From: Octopus sinensis
Taxonomy: Eukaryota
Assembly (NCBI RefSeq): GCF_006345805.1
Contig: NW_021834921.1
Coordinates: 1-52,398, forward strand
Direction: 5' to 3'
Length of the DNA: 52,398 nt
A model generated the notes under the pieces. It searched no databases, was not told where the DNA came from, and was given only the letters and a program-made list of their open reading frames with translations. Made by a program: the position numbers and the translations under genes. The stretch's first letter is position 1. The number at the start of each line of letters is the position of its first letter. Shown piece after piece: positions 13,771 to 25,770 of the stretch.

Positions 13771-13785
13771 TTTTCACAAAATATC

Positions 13786-14112
13786 ATTGGTTTCAAATTT
13801 TAGCGGAAGGTCAGCAATTATGAGGGAGGACGCCGACGTCGACTTTTCCTTTCATCCTTTCGGGATCGATAAATTAAGTACCAGTTACGCACTGGGGCCG
13901 ATGTAATTGACTTAATCCCTTTGTCTGTCCTTGTTTGTCCCTTCTGTGTTTAGCCCCTTGTGGGCAATAAAGAAACAAATTATGAGGGAGGGTGCCTTAT
14001 CGATTACATCGAACCTAGTGATCTACCGGTACGTATTTTATCGAACCCGAGTAGATAAAAGGCAAAGTCGACCTCGGCAGGATTTGAACTCGGACGAAAT
14101 GATGCTAAACAT
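13786..14112 (-). mobile_element. Older family 2 SINE interrupted by a nested SINE
   Basis: Tail at 13786-13829 and body at 13978-14112 rejoin across the duplicated AATTATGAGGGAGG. Confidence 0.7.
13830..13977 (+). mobile_element. 5'-truncated family 2 SINE with 14-bp TSD
   Basis: TSD AATTATGAGGGAGG at 13816-13829 and 13978-13991; body matches 14600-14764. Confidence 0.85.
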
Positions 14113-14349
14113 TTTTTCCATCCAATATGAGATTCCCTTTCTTCTAGACACTAAAGTCAGATTTGAGGGATATATATCAGTTATTTTTAGGAGGTTCGGT
14201 GACCTGTTTAGAAGTTACAGAAAATTACAACAGCATCACAAAAAAAAAAAGAAGAAAAACGAAGTATGACCCCCAAGTTTGGAGATTTATCCTTCTATCG
14301 TGAAATTCGTCGTGTCGGTTTAACGGGTATTACTGTTGGCTATTACACA

Positions 14350-14518
14350 GGACGGGCAAATTTCTCAGCGGCATTTCGTACGTCTTCACGGTCTGAGTTC
14401 TCATTCGCCAAGATCGACTTTGCCTCTCATCCGTTCGGGGTCGATGAAATAAGCACCAGTTACGCACTGAGGTCAATATTATCGGCTAGCCCCCTTGTGC
14501 CTATTGTAGATAGGATTA
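14350..14518 (+). mobile_element. Diverged family 2 SINE
   Basis: GATCGACTTTGCCTCTCATCCGTTCGGGGTCGATGAAATAAGCACCAG core; CCTTGTGCCTATTGTAGA tail. Confidence 0.75.
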
Positions 14519-14531
14519 TAATTTATTAGTA

Positions 14532-14764
14532 AAGGCGGCGAGTTGGCAGAAACTTTAGCACGCCGAGCGAAATGCGTAGCCGTATTTCGTCTGCCGTTAC
14601 GTTCTGAGTTCAAATTCCGCCGAGGTCGACTTTGACTTTCATCCTTTCGGGGTCGATAAATTAAGTACCAGTTACGCACTGGGGTCGCTGTAATCGACTT
14701 AATCCGTTTGTCTGTCCTTGTTTGTCCTCTCTGTGTTTAGCCCATTGTGGGTAGTAAAGAAATA
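14532..14764 (+). mobile_element. Full-length family 2 SINE (tail type A)
   Basis: AAGGCGGCGAGTTGGCAGAA head, GAGTTCAAATTCC B-box, core, and ...GTGGGTAGTAAAGAAATAG tail. Confidence 0.9.
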
Positions 14765-14932
14765 GACATTTCGTCTGTCGTTACGTTCTGATTTCAAATT
14801 CCGCCGAGGTCGACTTTGCCTTTCATCCTTTCGGAGTCGATAAATTGAGCACCAGTTGCATACTGGAGTCGATCTAATCGACTGTTCCTCTCCCCCAAAA
14901 TTTCGGGTCTTGTGCCTAGAGTAGAAAAGAAT
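14765..14932 (+). mobile_element. Family 2 SINE (tail type B), head-to-tail with the previous copy
   Basis: CATTTCGTCTGTCGTTACG...core...CCCCCAAAATTTCGGGTCTTGTGCCTAGAGTAG. Confidence 0.85.
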
Positions 14933-14933
14933 C

Positions 14934-15078
14934 GTTAGCACGCCGGGTAAACTGCTTGGCGGCAGTTTGTCAGTCTTTACGTTCTAAGTTCAAATTTCTT
15001 CGAAGTTGACTTCAAATCTTATGCTTACGGAGTGAATAAAATAAGTACCACTTGAGTAATGGGGTCAATGTATTTCCC
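14934..15078 (+). mobile_element. Diverged family 2 SINE fragment
   Basis: GTTAGCACGCCGGG...GTTCTAAGTTCAAATT...AAATAAGTACCAC. Confidence 0.65.
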
Positions 15079-15494
15079 ATTGCTATTAATGTAAAAGAGA
15101 TTAATTCGTTTCCAAGAACCAGATGAATGCTTATTTACATGCTTACACTATATATCATAGTATAAAAACGTTTATTGAAACTATAAAATATCACACAAAA
15201 GTGTGTTATTTCTTAGAAAAGGAGTCCCCTTCCATAAAATCTTCTATCTTTCATTGGCTTGTGCCCTGAAAACACTTTTTCTTCCTTAGTAATATAGGTC
15301 TTATTTAGTATTTGTTTCCAAAATAATCCTGTTTAATCCCTATTAAACACCTGTTGGGGAGGGGATAAGATCCTTCCTTTATCAAGTCACTAAACGCCAT
15401 CACAAATTTCTCAGCCACACCCTTGTTTGAACTCTCCACCTCTCCATGCCTAATTACACTGAGTATTCCACTTCACGTCTTAAATTTCTCGGGG

Positions 15495-15640
15495 AAATTT
15501 TAGGGGAGAGGAACAGTCAATTAGATCGACTCCAGTACGCAACTGGTGCTCAATTTATCGACTCCGAAAGGATGAAAGGCAAAGTCGACCTCGGCGGAAT
15601 TTGAACTCAGAACGTAACGACAGACGAAATGCCTATTTCT
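15495..15640 (-). mobile_element. Family 2 SINE, inverted near-identical partner of 14757-14905
   Basis: Its reverse complement matches 14757-14905, including the diagnostic GGAGTCGATAAATTGAGCACCAG and GATCTAAT variants. Confidence 0.88.
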
Positions 15641-15647
15641 CTACTAG

Positions 15648-16222
15648 ATTTGAATTCAAAACTATCACCTTCAACACTTGTACCAATGGTTTTCTTTACT
15701 AGATCATTATAAATTTTTAATGCTTTCTCACAAATAAATGCTTCACTGATACTGTCACCTGCTGTTTCTCATTTATAAAAAATAAGCAATAACTTTTCCA
15801 CTTCTTCGAGTATCTTTGGTCTTTGTTTATTAATAACAGTCACTCATTTTGCAACATCATTTGCTTTTGTCATTTCCTTGTTTTCCAGAATAGTAGATAT
15901 TGTCGATGTAGGCATGCCGTGCTGCGCAGCCAGATCTGACACACGAACGCCATTTTCGTGTGCTTTATCAGAATCACGGTTAGCTTTCTTTTGAGCCATG
16001 ACTAAAAGCTAATGAAGAGAAAAAAAAGACAAAGTACAATAAGATTGGGGGAAAAAAGCACAGTACAACACACGAATGTATACAACACGGCGGTCAACTC
16101 AGAAATGATTCCGCTCGAGACCGAAATTTTGTTCGAAAACCGTGGCATTTTCATCTCGAAGTATTTTCAGCTCGAAAACCGATTTGTTCGACATGTGGAA
16201 CGTTCAAGAACAGAGGTTGCTC
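15648..16222 (-). mobile_element. pogo/Tigger DNA transposon 5' fragment (TIR + N-terminal CENP-B-like HTH pseudogene)
   Basis: From ATG at 15999 (minus): MAQKK...HENGVRVSDLAAQHGMPTSTISTILENKE...KQRPKILEEVEKLLLI...AGDSISEAFICEKALKIYNDL...FEFK, with stops and frameshifts. Degenerate TIR-like end at ~16200-16222. Confidence 0.85.
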
Positions 16223-16529
16223 TCTCATAATATTGATTTGAAATTTCATGAGGCAGAATGTCAACATCACCATCATCAACGTCAGCAGTAGAAGGAGGAC
16301 GACGGCGATGAGAAAGAGAAGAAGAAGAAGAAGAAGAAGAAGAAGAAGAAGAAGAAAAGAAGAAGAAGAAGAAGAAGAAGAAGAAGAAGAAGAAGAAGAA
16401 GAAGAAGATGAGGATGAAGAAGGATAAGGAGAATGAGGAGAAGAAATAGGAGAAGAAAGAAGAGAAGAAAAAGACGAAGAAAGAGAAGAAGGAAAAGGAG
16501 AAGGAGAAGAAGAAGGGGGAGGAGAATCC

Positions 16530-17184
16530 TTAGCACGCCGCATTTCATCAAACTTTACGTTCTGAGTTCAAATTCAACCGACGTCGATTTGGCGTTTCAT
16601 TCTTTCGGAGTCAAGAGAATAGGTGCCAGTTGAACATTTAGGTCACTATAATCGTCTTACGCCCTTCACTGAACTTGCTGGCCTTGTGCCAAAATTTGAA
16701 ACCAATATAGGTTTCAAATTTGTAGCACAAGGCTATTAATTTCTGAGGAGGGATTATGCTGGTCATATGATCCCCCCGCCAGTGCTCAACTGATACTTCT
16801 TGTATTGACTTCGGAAGGAGGAAATGCAAAGTGGACATTGGATGAGTATACAAAGTGATCCTTTCTACGAAAGGCACAAGGCCTGATATTTTGGGGGAAG
16901 GGCAGGACTATTCGATTACATCGACTCCAGTGTTTCACGGGTGCTTCATTTATCGAGCCTGAAAGGATGAAAGTCAAAATCAATGTCGGTAGAATTTGAA
17001 CTCAGAACGTAGTGGCAGATGAAATATCCATAATAATAATAATAATCCTTTCTTTTAAAGGCAGAAGAACTGAAATTTTGGGGGAGGGGACTAGTTGAGT
17101 ACATTGACCCCAGTGTTTCCCTGGTAGTTAATTTATCGACCCCGGTAGTATGAGAAGGCATAGTCGACCTCGGCAGCATTTCGA
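16530..17184. mobile_element. Cluster of four diverged family 2 SINE copies: 16530-16708 (+), 16710-16835 (-), 16860-17028 (-), 17045-17184 (-)
   Basis: Each shows a B-box (GAGTTCAAATT or its reverse complement) and/or the core, plus a CCTTGTGCC-type tail. Confidence 0.7.
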
Positions 17185-17268
17185 CTGAATATACAAAATA
17201 ATACTAACAAACTTTGTATACCACGAAGTTTGAAAAGAAAAATGTTTTATTAAAACATCTATATATAC

Positions 17269-17318
<50 letters not shown>

Positions 17319-17325
17319 TTGTGTT

Positions 17326-17382
<57 letters not shown>

Positions 17383-17754
17383 CGGAGATGTACTCGCATA
17401 GCAAGTATAAATATATATATGTGTAGAAGCAACAAATCTTAACAATGGTCGAAATGTAAATGAAAAAGCCTTAATGTCGGAGGTTGTACCAGTTTTGGTG
17501 AACTACATTATTTCAGCTGATAGGATGTCAGTCGTACAAGTTTCATTATGCCAGAGTCACTTGCAGGGAATATTCCCGTCGTTCATGTTTGTAATAAAAA
17601 CAGTGTGATACCAACGCGAAAATAATGGGAAAATTTGACTATTTTTTTCGTTTTACCACACCACCGATAATTATCTTCGTTATTGTTGGTTTATATTTTC
17701 GTTTTCTTTGCTTTGATTGTAGTCGCTGTCGCTACTTCTTCCCTTATTCTCGTT

Positions 17755-17890
17755 CTTCTTTTTCTTCTTCTTCTTCTTCTTCTTCTTCTTCTTCTTCTTC
17801 TTCTTCTTCTTCTTCTTCTTCTTCTTCTTCTTCTTCTTCTTCTTCTTCTTCTTCTTCTTTTTCTTCTTCTTCTTCTCCTCCTCCTCATCC
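17755..17890. repeat. (TCT)n tract; a complementary-type (GAA)n tract lies at ~16310-16520
   Basis: Directly visible; explains the poly-S, poly-L and poly-R ORFs. Confidence 0.95.
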
Positions 17891-18264
17891 TCTTTCTCAT
17901 CGCCGTCGTCCTCCTTCTGCTACCGAGGTTGATGATGACGATGATGATGTTGACATTGTTGTTTTTGTGTTTGTTTTTGTTTAGCCCCCGGCCTGATTCA
18001 ACTGACATACAACATAGCAGATCTATAACTACGTTTACCAAATACCAATCCAAAATTTTACATTGATAGTATGTAATTCAAACAAGGCCCAGCTGCTATT
18101 TCTAGCAAACCCAACTCCCTAAATTTGGTTTGGTTTATTATTCTTCACGTGCTTCATTTATTATTGGTTAATTAGTCGTGTGTAAATCTAATTTTAAACA
18201 CAGGTTCGTATATTAACCACTTCGCTTAAACATGTTTATATATCAACGCATATATCCAAACTTT

Positions 18265-18680
18265 GGATCTTTTCGGTTTGAACGGCAGTTTTTAAAATAA
18301 TTTCCACGTAACTAAACACTTTTAAACTTCGTATACTGGTAGAATGTGTATGTAAAACATCTTTTTCTCTTGGCTTTATTGCGAAAATTCTATGGTTTGT
18401 AAGATATTTGTTTTTGCTTTTCTTCAAATTCTGCAATTTCAACCAATCAGTGACGTCTATTGAGGTGAAAACATTCTGTGCCGTATGAAAATGTCCCTCG
18501 TTTAAGAAACAGATTGGGTTTATTTACATTTCTGAAGAAAAAATATACCCTTCCCCCCAGCCCTAACCCTAACCCTAAAATAGATTGAAATGCAATAAAT
18601 CGATACTAGGGTCATAATTATAGGTGACAATTTCATATGACACCGCTAGAAAAAACTGCCGTTCAAACCGAAAAGTTGCC
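18265..18680 (-). mobile_element. Second copy of the 8-bp-TSD MITE, opposite orientation (TSD CAAACTTT)
   Basis: Interior is the reverse complement of 10327-10750; TSD at 18257-18264 and 18681-18688; right TIR slightly mutated. Confidence 0.9.
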
Positions 18681-18756
18681 CAAACTTTTTGATGACACGA
18701 GTATCCTTATACGTTACCAGAAATCACTCCATCACTTTTACCTCACATGTAACATT

Positions 18757-18996
18757 AACAGGGGACAACTGATGAAGGGAATGTTCTTTATGTTGCATGT
18801 CTCTATTCCCTGTTTGATTGTTTTTTTTTCCGTTGTTCGAAAAAGGTTCATTTTCAATGCTTTTGTTCTTTTATGTTCTCCTTTCTCAATCTGTCTACGT
18901 TTTTTTTATATTTCTGTACCCATATATGCATGTATATATACATATATATGTAGGTATGTACATATATGTATGTATAAATGCATATATTTATATATT
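18757..18996 (+). repeat. ~240-bp diverged direct repeat, copy 1 (copy 2 at ~19797-20035)
   Basis: Both start with GG(G/A)ACAACTGATGAAGGGAATGTTCTTT and end with ATGCATATATTTATATATTA. Confidence 0.8.
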
Positions 18997-18997
18997 A

Positions 18998-19290
18998 CTA
19001 GCAGTATCGCCGGCGTTGCCCGGGTTTGTAAGGGAAATAACTATAAAGCATTTTTAGAGAGTTATAGCCAAAAAATAGCAAAAAAATGCATTAAAATGGA
19101 AAAAAATTATGGTAAATTATTTTTAAAATCGTAGACTCATCGTAGACGCGCGCTAATACCCAGAAGGGCTCGATATGAATCACGACTATAAGATACCCGC
19201 TTTTGGTTAAACTGCATCGCAAAATGTGGGAGTAGTTAGGAATCTAAATCGTAGGAGACAGACACACAACTTGACTTTTATATATAAAGA
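18998..19290 (-). mobile_element. Non-autonomous Helitron (293 bp)
   Basis: Minus strand: A|TCTTTATATATAAAAG...CCCGGGCAACGCCGG hairpin-CGATACTG-CTAG|T. Canonical TC/CTAG ends, inserted between A and T, no TSD. Confidence 0.88.
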
Positions 19291-19796
19291 TTTATATCAT
19301 TATATGATCGAACACCACGCACCCTTTTCCAAGTCAGATTTATCTTAATAATTATGATACGCACTCTTATTCAATCACTTTTCTGTCTATCTATCTCCCT
19401 CTCTCGTTCGTCTTCCTTTCTGTTTTTCTCTCCCACACATTCCCTCTCCTCTTCACCGTTCCCTCTATCTCTCTCTCTCACTCTTCCTCCTTGACTCTCT
19501 CGTTGCTCACACATGACCAAAATCCATGCTCCCCCTTCTTCCACTTCCTCCCTAAAAACAATACGTGTTTTTATCAGTCTCTTTTCAAACTTCGTTTTTC
19601 CAAGCGTTCACCACTTCACATCGTCTTGGTTTAACAACCCTCACCGTTTGTTTTTACTGTTTTGTTCTCACTGTCCTGTTTTGTAACTACTTTCACACTC
19701 CGCCAAAAATCCCAAATTTTATTTAATTTGCTTTGCGGGAAAAACTATTTTAAAGAAGTCACGTCCTGTCCTTACCTTCGAAATGCGGAGTAGATA

Positions 19797-20035
19797 AAAT
19801 AGGGAACAACTGATGAAGGGAATGTTCTTTAGGCTGCATTCTCGTTTCTCTGCTTGATTGTTTTTTTCGTTGTATGAAAAAAAGTTCGTTTTCTGTTTTT
19901 TTGCTTTTTATGTCCTCGATTCTCTTTTTGTTCACGTTTTTTTAATGTTCTGTACAAATATATGCATGTATATATACACATATATGTAGGTATATAATAT
20001 ATGTATGTATATATGCATATATTTATATATTATTT
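19797..20035 (+). repeat. ~240-bp diverged direct repeat, copy 2
   Basis: Homologous to 18757-18996 along its length. Confidence 0.8.
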
Positions 20036-20348
20036 ATATTATTATTTGTACCTGTCTACATTCGATATCTCTTTTCTATCACATTGTTGTAATATTGTTT
20101 TAATTTTCTATTATCAAGAAGAGTTTCACAAGAGAATACCCAACAGTTGAAGGACGCTTTTTCGGCAGCCTTTGCAACAATCACCAAAACACAGCTTCGT
20201 AAAATATTACACAGGACATAGCACCGCATCGTTTTGTGTCATGATGTTCATACAGACCTTCTCGATGTGTGGCAGTGTCAGTGTCTATGAAAGAGAGTAT
20301 ATTAAAACCAGTGCACGTGTTTGATTTTATTTCAATAATTCCTCGACT

Positions 20349-20518
20349 ATCTTTCTTCTTCTTCTTCTTCTTCTTTACAGCATTCACCCGGGGTGGGTTC
20401 AGCTGGCTTCATTCATCCTCAATGCTGCATCTTTCACAAACGCCGACCAGGTCTGGCCTTTTGAGGCTAACGACCGCGTGATCGCCAACCACTCCTTATT
20501 CCAGCGGCGAGACCGTCA
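20349..20518 (-). mobile_element. RTE-clade LINE 3' end fragment
   Basis: Minus translation RRWNKEWLAITRSLASKGQTWSAFVKDAALRMNEAS* followed by a (GAA)n tail; resembles RTE ORF C-termini. Confidence 0.6.
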
Positions 20519-20519
20519 C

Positions 20520-20815
20520 CAGCCAGGTTTTTCGGGTGTTAGGTTACAAAACCCCACCGCGACAGATGAATATCCGCGAAGTAGAAACTGTACTGTACTC
20601 TTTACTCTTTTTACTGTTTTACTTGTTTCAGTCATTTGACTGCGGCCATGCTGGAGCACCGCCTTTAATCGAGCAACTCGACCCGGGACTTATTCTTTTT
20701 GTAAGCCCAGTACTTATTCTATCGGTCTCTTTTGCCGAACCGCTAAGTAACGGGGACATAAACACACCAGCATCGGTTGTCACGCAATGCTAGGGGGATA
20801 AACACAGACACACAA

Positions 20816-20846
<31 letters not shown>

Positions 20847-21181
20847 CATATATACGACGGGCTTCTTTCAGTTTCCGTCTACCAAATCCACTCACAAGGC
20901 ATTGGTCAGCCCAGGGCTATAGCAGAAGACACTTGCCCAAGATGCCACGCAGTGGGACTGAACCCAGAACCATGTGGTTGGTTAGCAAGCTACTTACCAC
21001 ACAGCCACTCCTGCGCCTATACTGTACTGTAAATGTTTTTGAAAATTATTTTTATAATTTGTATATATTTATTTTATTATAAATGCAAAACAACACCACA
21101 GAGGAATCGACGTAAGCTTAAATAATAAACCGCGATAGGTGAACCGCGATAGGTGAACCGCGATATGGCGAGCAGTTACTG
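20520..21181 (+). mobile_element. Degenerate Tigger/pogo-like MITE interrupted by a SINE
   Basis: Left end CAG...CGGGTGTTAGGTTACAAAACCCCACCGCGA...TCCGCGAAGTAG; right end (AACCGCGATAGGTG)x2-AACCGCGATATGGCGAG...TTACTG. The TIR match between the two ends is poor. Confidence 0.5.
20598..21020 (-). mobile_element. Full-length family 1 SINE with 11-bp TSD ACTGTACTGTA
   Basis: TSD at 20587-20597 and 21021-21031; reverse complement of the 39747 copy. Confidence 0.92.
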
Positions 21182-21899
21182 TGTATTGTTCCACTATTGT
21201 TCTGATTGCTTTTCGGTAGTGGGGTGACATGACTTTAGAACCACCCCATAGATTTATTTTCCCAATAAATTTTCTCGCTCACATTCGATTTATCCTCATA
21301 TTTCGTATCTTCTCTTTCATACAATGTCAAAGACTTCCTCACATATCCCAGTCTCGTTCTCGCAATCTCTTCAGAATTTCTCCCGCCCTCTCTCTCTCTC
21401 TCCCTCTCCCCCCTCTCTCTCTCGCGTTTTTCCTTTCGCTTTATATGCAAATCTTCTGAGTTTTTCCCTCTTTCCTCTCTCTCTCTCTCTCGCTGATTCC
21501 CCACCCGCCGCCAGATTTCATTTACAATATCATAATAACGACAGTACTCATTTCATCTTAACTCAATAAACTCCCTTTATCTACTATCTCAATAATATCA
21601 TCTTAATCCTGAACTGATTTCACTCATTATCACATATGCGAAAGTATATTACCCCTCCACCGGGATTTGCCTCTGTCATACCTTCTCTCTTTTCCACACA
21701 CACACATACAACACACACACATACACACACACACAAGCCATAATCTCACGCAATGACATAGTTTTATTTCCCTAGATACAATAACGAAGATACAATTCTC
21801 TTGTTTACTACTCAGCTTATATAATGCCATTCTATATTACACATATCTTTGTTTTCTATTAATAATATCGTATTCATTTTTCTATTCCCCGCTCAGTTT

Positions 21900-21990
21900 C
21901 CCTTACACACACACGCACAAACACGCAAGCGCACATATATATCTTCATCGATGCGCATATACGTAGATTGATACCGTCGTGTGTGTGTGT

Positions 21991-22027
<37 letters not shown>

Positions 22028-22153
22028 TGTATGGGTGTGTGTGTGTGTGAAGATAAATGCTTTGTCGCATACACACACATACACACATTGTATATCTGCA
22101 CAATAGGTATGTTATGGTGTTAAATGTGTGCATGAATATATATATATATCTCG

Positions 22154-22240
<87 letters not shown>

Positions 22241-22539
22241 ATTAATCTATCTATATATACATACATGCATATATGTGCGTATGCATGTCTTTACAGAGAT
22301 ATGAATTTATATACAGCGACACATCTCTATCTAAATATATATCTCTCGATATATATATATATATATATACACACATTAATACAAAGCTAGAAGGATAGAG
22401 TGAGAGAGGGGGAACAGATTCCCATACACATACTCTCACACTCACACTATTATATATCTAAATTCACATATATCATTTATACATATGTATATATATAAAT
22501 GGAAATATATATAATATATACACATACACACACATAGAA

Positions 22540-22596
<57 letters not shown>

Positions 22597-22747
22597 TTTA
22601 TGCATACATATAGATATATTTATACATACATATACACATAGACACACACACACACATATATATATATATGCATTTATACATTCATATAGATAAATGTATA
22701 CATACATACACACATAGACACACAAACACACACACACACACACACAC

Positions 22748-22793
<46 letters not shown>

Positions 22794-22927
22794 GCATTTA
22801 TGCATTCATATAGATATTTTATACATACATACACACGTAGACCACACACACACACATATATATATATATATAAGCTTATAAACACACGCACACACATCAA
22901 CACGCACCCAGATATATATACATATAT

Positions 22928-22958
<31 letters not shown>

Positions 22959-22995
22959 TACATATATATACAATATACATTATATATATATATAT

Positions 22996-23030
<35 letters not shown>

Positions 23031-23082
23031 CATATATATACATATATACATATATATATATATATACATATATTATATATTA

Positions 23083-23135
<53 letters not shown>

Positions 23136-23681
23136 CCTTTATAAAGATGTTATTTTTTTTATCTGTGTCTCTGATGTGATTGATTCTCTTTCATATTCTC
23201 TCCCCCACTCTCTCCACTTCTCTCACCCGTCTCAAATTTTCTCATTATTAATTCTTTCATCTTCATAGCGGAAAGTTTGTATGAAGCGGACCGGTATCAT
23301 TCTGTGAACTCAACGGAGGAAAAAATAATATTAATAATAAAGATACGATTAAAAATAAGAAACAATTATATCACATCGTATTAAGAAACATTTTAAAGCT
23401 TTAATATATTCGCTTTTTTTATGATTGCATTTGTGATCTAATAGTGGTTAACCCCCGTTCCTAGTATACGCGTTACTCTCCATGCTTTTCGCCATTATAC
23501 TTTTCGATACATATCAACTGAAATGATCAACCTTCAATCTATACATTTACTACTTTATCTCTTCAGCCGTCTGTGGGTATAATTGTCCCTTTTCCTACCT
23601 CGTTTTCCTATCGCTTCCCATCGTTCTCTTTCTCTCTCTCTCTCAACCTCTCACACACACACGCACACACACACACACACA

Positions 23682-23718
<37 letters not shown>

Positions 23719-24232
23719 ACTTTTTCTCTCTGTCTCTCACCATGTATAAACTATTTATGTCTATCTACCTACCTATTAATCTATCTATGTATGTATTTCA
23801 TTATCTTCTATCTACCTATCTAGCTATATCATCTCTCTCTCTCTCTCTCTCTCGCTGTATATATATATATAATTATATATATATAATTATATTTATATAT
23901 ATAATTATATATATATATACATACATATACATATATATGTACATATATATATATATATGTGTGTATATATAAAGCAAGAAAACTTGGTACATCATGTATA
24001 TGTATTTAGATATAAGTATCTATATCTATCCATTTAATCACATATACATGGGTGTGTACATGTATATGTCTATATATATAACTATATATATATACATACA
24101 TACATACATACATACATATATGCAGCTCTGTAGCTTTTTCATTTGAAGATACCGTAGGTGTGTGACTTACAATGTCTTTCCTCCTCCTCCTCCTCCTACT
24201 ACTACTACTACTACTACTACTCCCTGATACTG

Positions 24233-24279
<47 letters not shown>

Positions 24280-24444
24280 GCTGCTTCTATATTATATATT
24301 TATATACATGTATGTAGATAAACAGATATATAGTCAGCTAGATAGATCGACAGAATTAGACAGACAGACAGACAGACAGACAGATAGATAGATAGATAGA
24401 TAGATAGATAAGTAGATAGATATATAGTTAGAGAGATAGATAAT

Positions 24445-24493
<49 letters not shown>

Positions 24494-24526
24494 GGATGGA
24501 TGGATGGATGGATGGATGGATGGATG

Positions 24527-24573
<47 letters not shown>

Positions 24574-24574
24574 C

Positions 24575-24628
<54 letters not shown>

Positions 24629-24630
24629 TT
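21900..24630. repeat. Compound microsatellite block: (TG/CA)n, (TA)n, (CT)n, (TAC)n, (GATA)n, (GGAT)n
   Basis: Directly visible, interrupted by short unique spacers. Confidence 0.9.
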
Positions 24631-25721
24631 TACACACATACATTTATATGTGCCCCACCCACCCCGTCTGTCAGAGTGCATGTCGGTGTGTCTTTCACTT
24701 CCTGATATCGCTACCTATCGTAACAGACCCGCAGCAAATAGCACTAACTGTTACTGCCGCATCATAACTTTCTTACGTATGCAAATCGTATGCGGCTTTC
24801 TTTGACATATAACAAACATATAACAAACACGCCAAGGTCCGTAGTTTATAACAAAATAACAATGATGCATTTTAATATCACACAGTCGTTGCTAAATGAT
24901 ATTTTTGTCTGGTGGGTATACTTTAAAATGAAATCAAGTATGAAATAACAGGCTCATAACTATCACTATTCATAAATGATTAACAACACATGGAGATTTA
25001 GAAAGTATAGAAAAGAAATGAGTGAATTCTAATAAAAATATCTTTTTCGATACAAAATTCATTTGAGTGTAAAAGAGACACCAACCATAATGATGATTTT
25101 TCTCATATGTTGTAATACATAAATGCGTGTAAATGTATATATAGCCGTATGTAGAACGATACTGTCTTTTTCATTGCCTTCCCCTTCTGTCTCTACGCTT
25201 GTCTGTCGCTCTCTTTGTCTATCTGTCTGTCTTTCCCTCTCTTTTACTCTTTGTATTTTTATTCTCTCTCTCTCTTACTCTGCCTCGTTTTATTTCTAAC
25301 TTTCAGTTTCACTTTCGTTTTGTTTTCTCTGTGTATCTCAACCGTTCTGTCACGCTTTCTATCTCAATTTCTTTAGTTTTGAGATTCATAGCAAGCAAGA
25401 GAGTACCCAACTCACGCTGATAAGTGAATGTCTTGATTTAATTTATATATTTTCAAGCTTTGTCTCCGTTCATTACGTCAGTTTTCTTCCGAACGGTCTT
25501 CATCCATACCTCAAATGTAATGCAAAAGCCATTCTCCATCCCACCTTCTACTAAATATTTCATCTGGGACTACATTTCCTAATCTTTTATTTATTTATTT
25601 AGTTATTTATTTATAATTTTATAGTTGACAGACGTTGATTCCTTCCAGAATAGTTGACTTACTCTACGTATTTGTTTGTTTGTTTGTATGTGTGTGTGTG
25701 TGTGTGTGTGAGTTTGTGTGC

Positions 25722-25770
<49 letters not shown>

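Noticed and set aside
23230-23310. Minus-strand exon-like segment with acceptor and GTGAGA donor
   Set aside because: Stops in all three frames; no other support.
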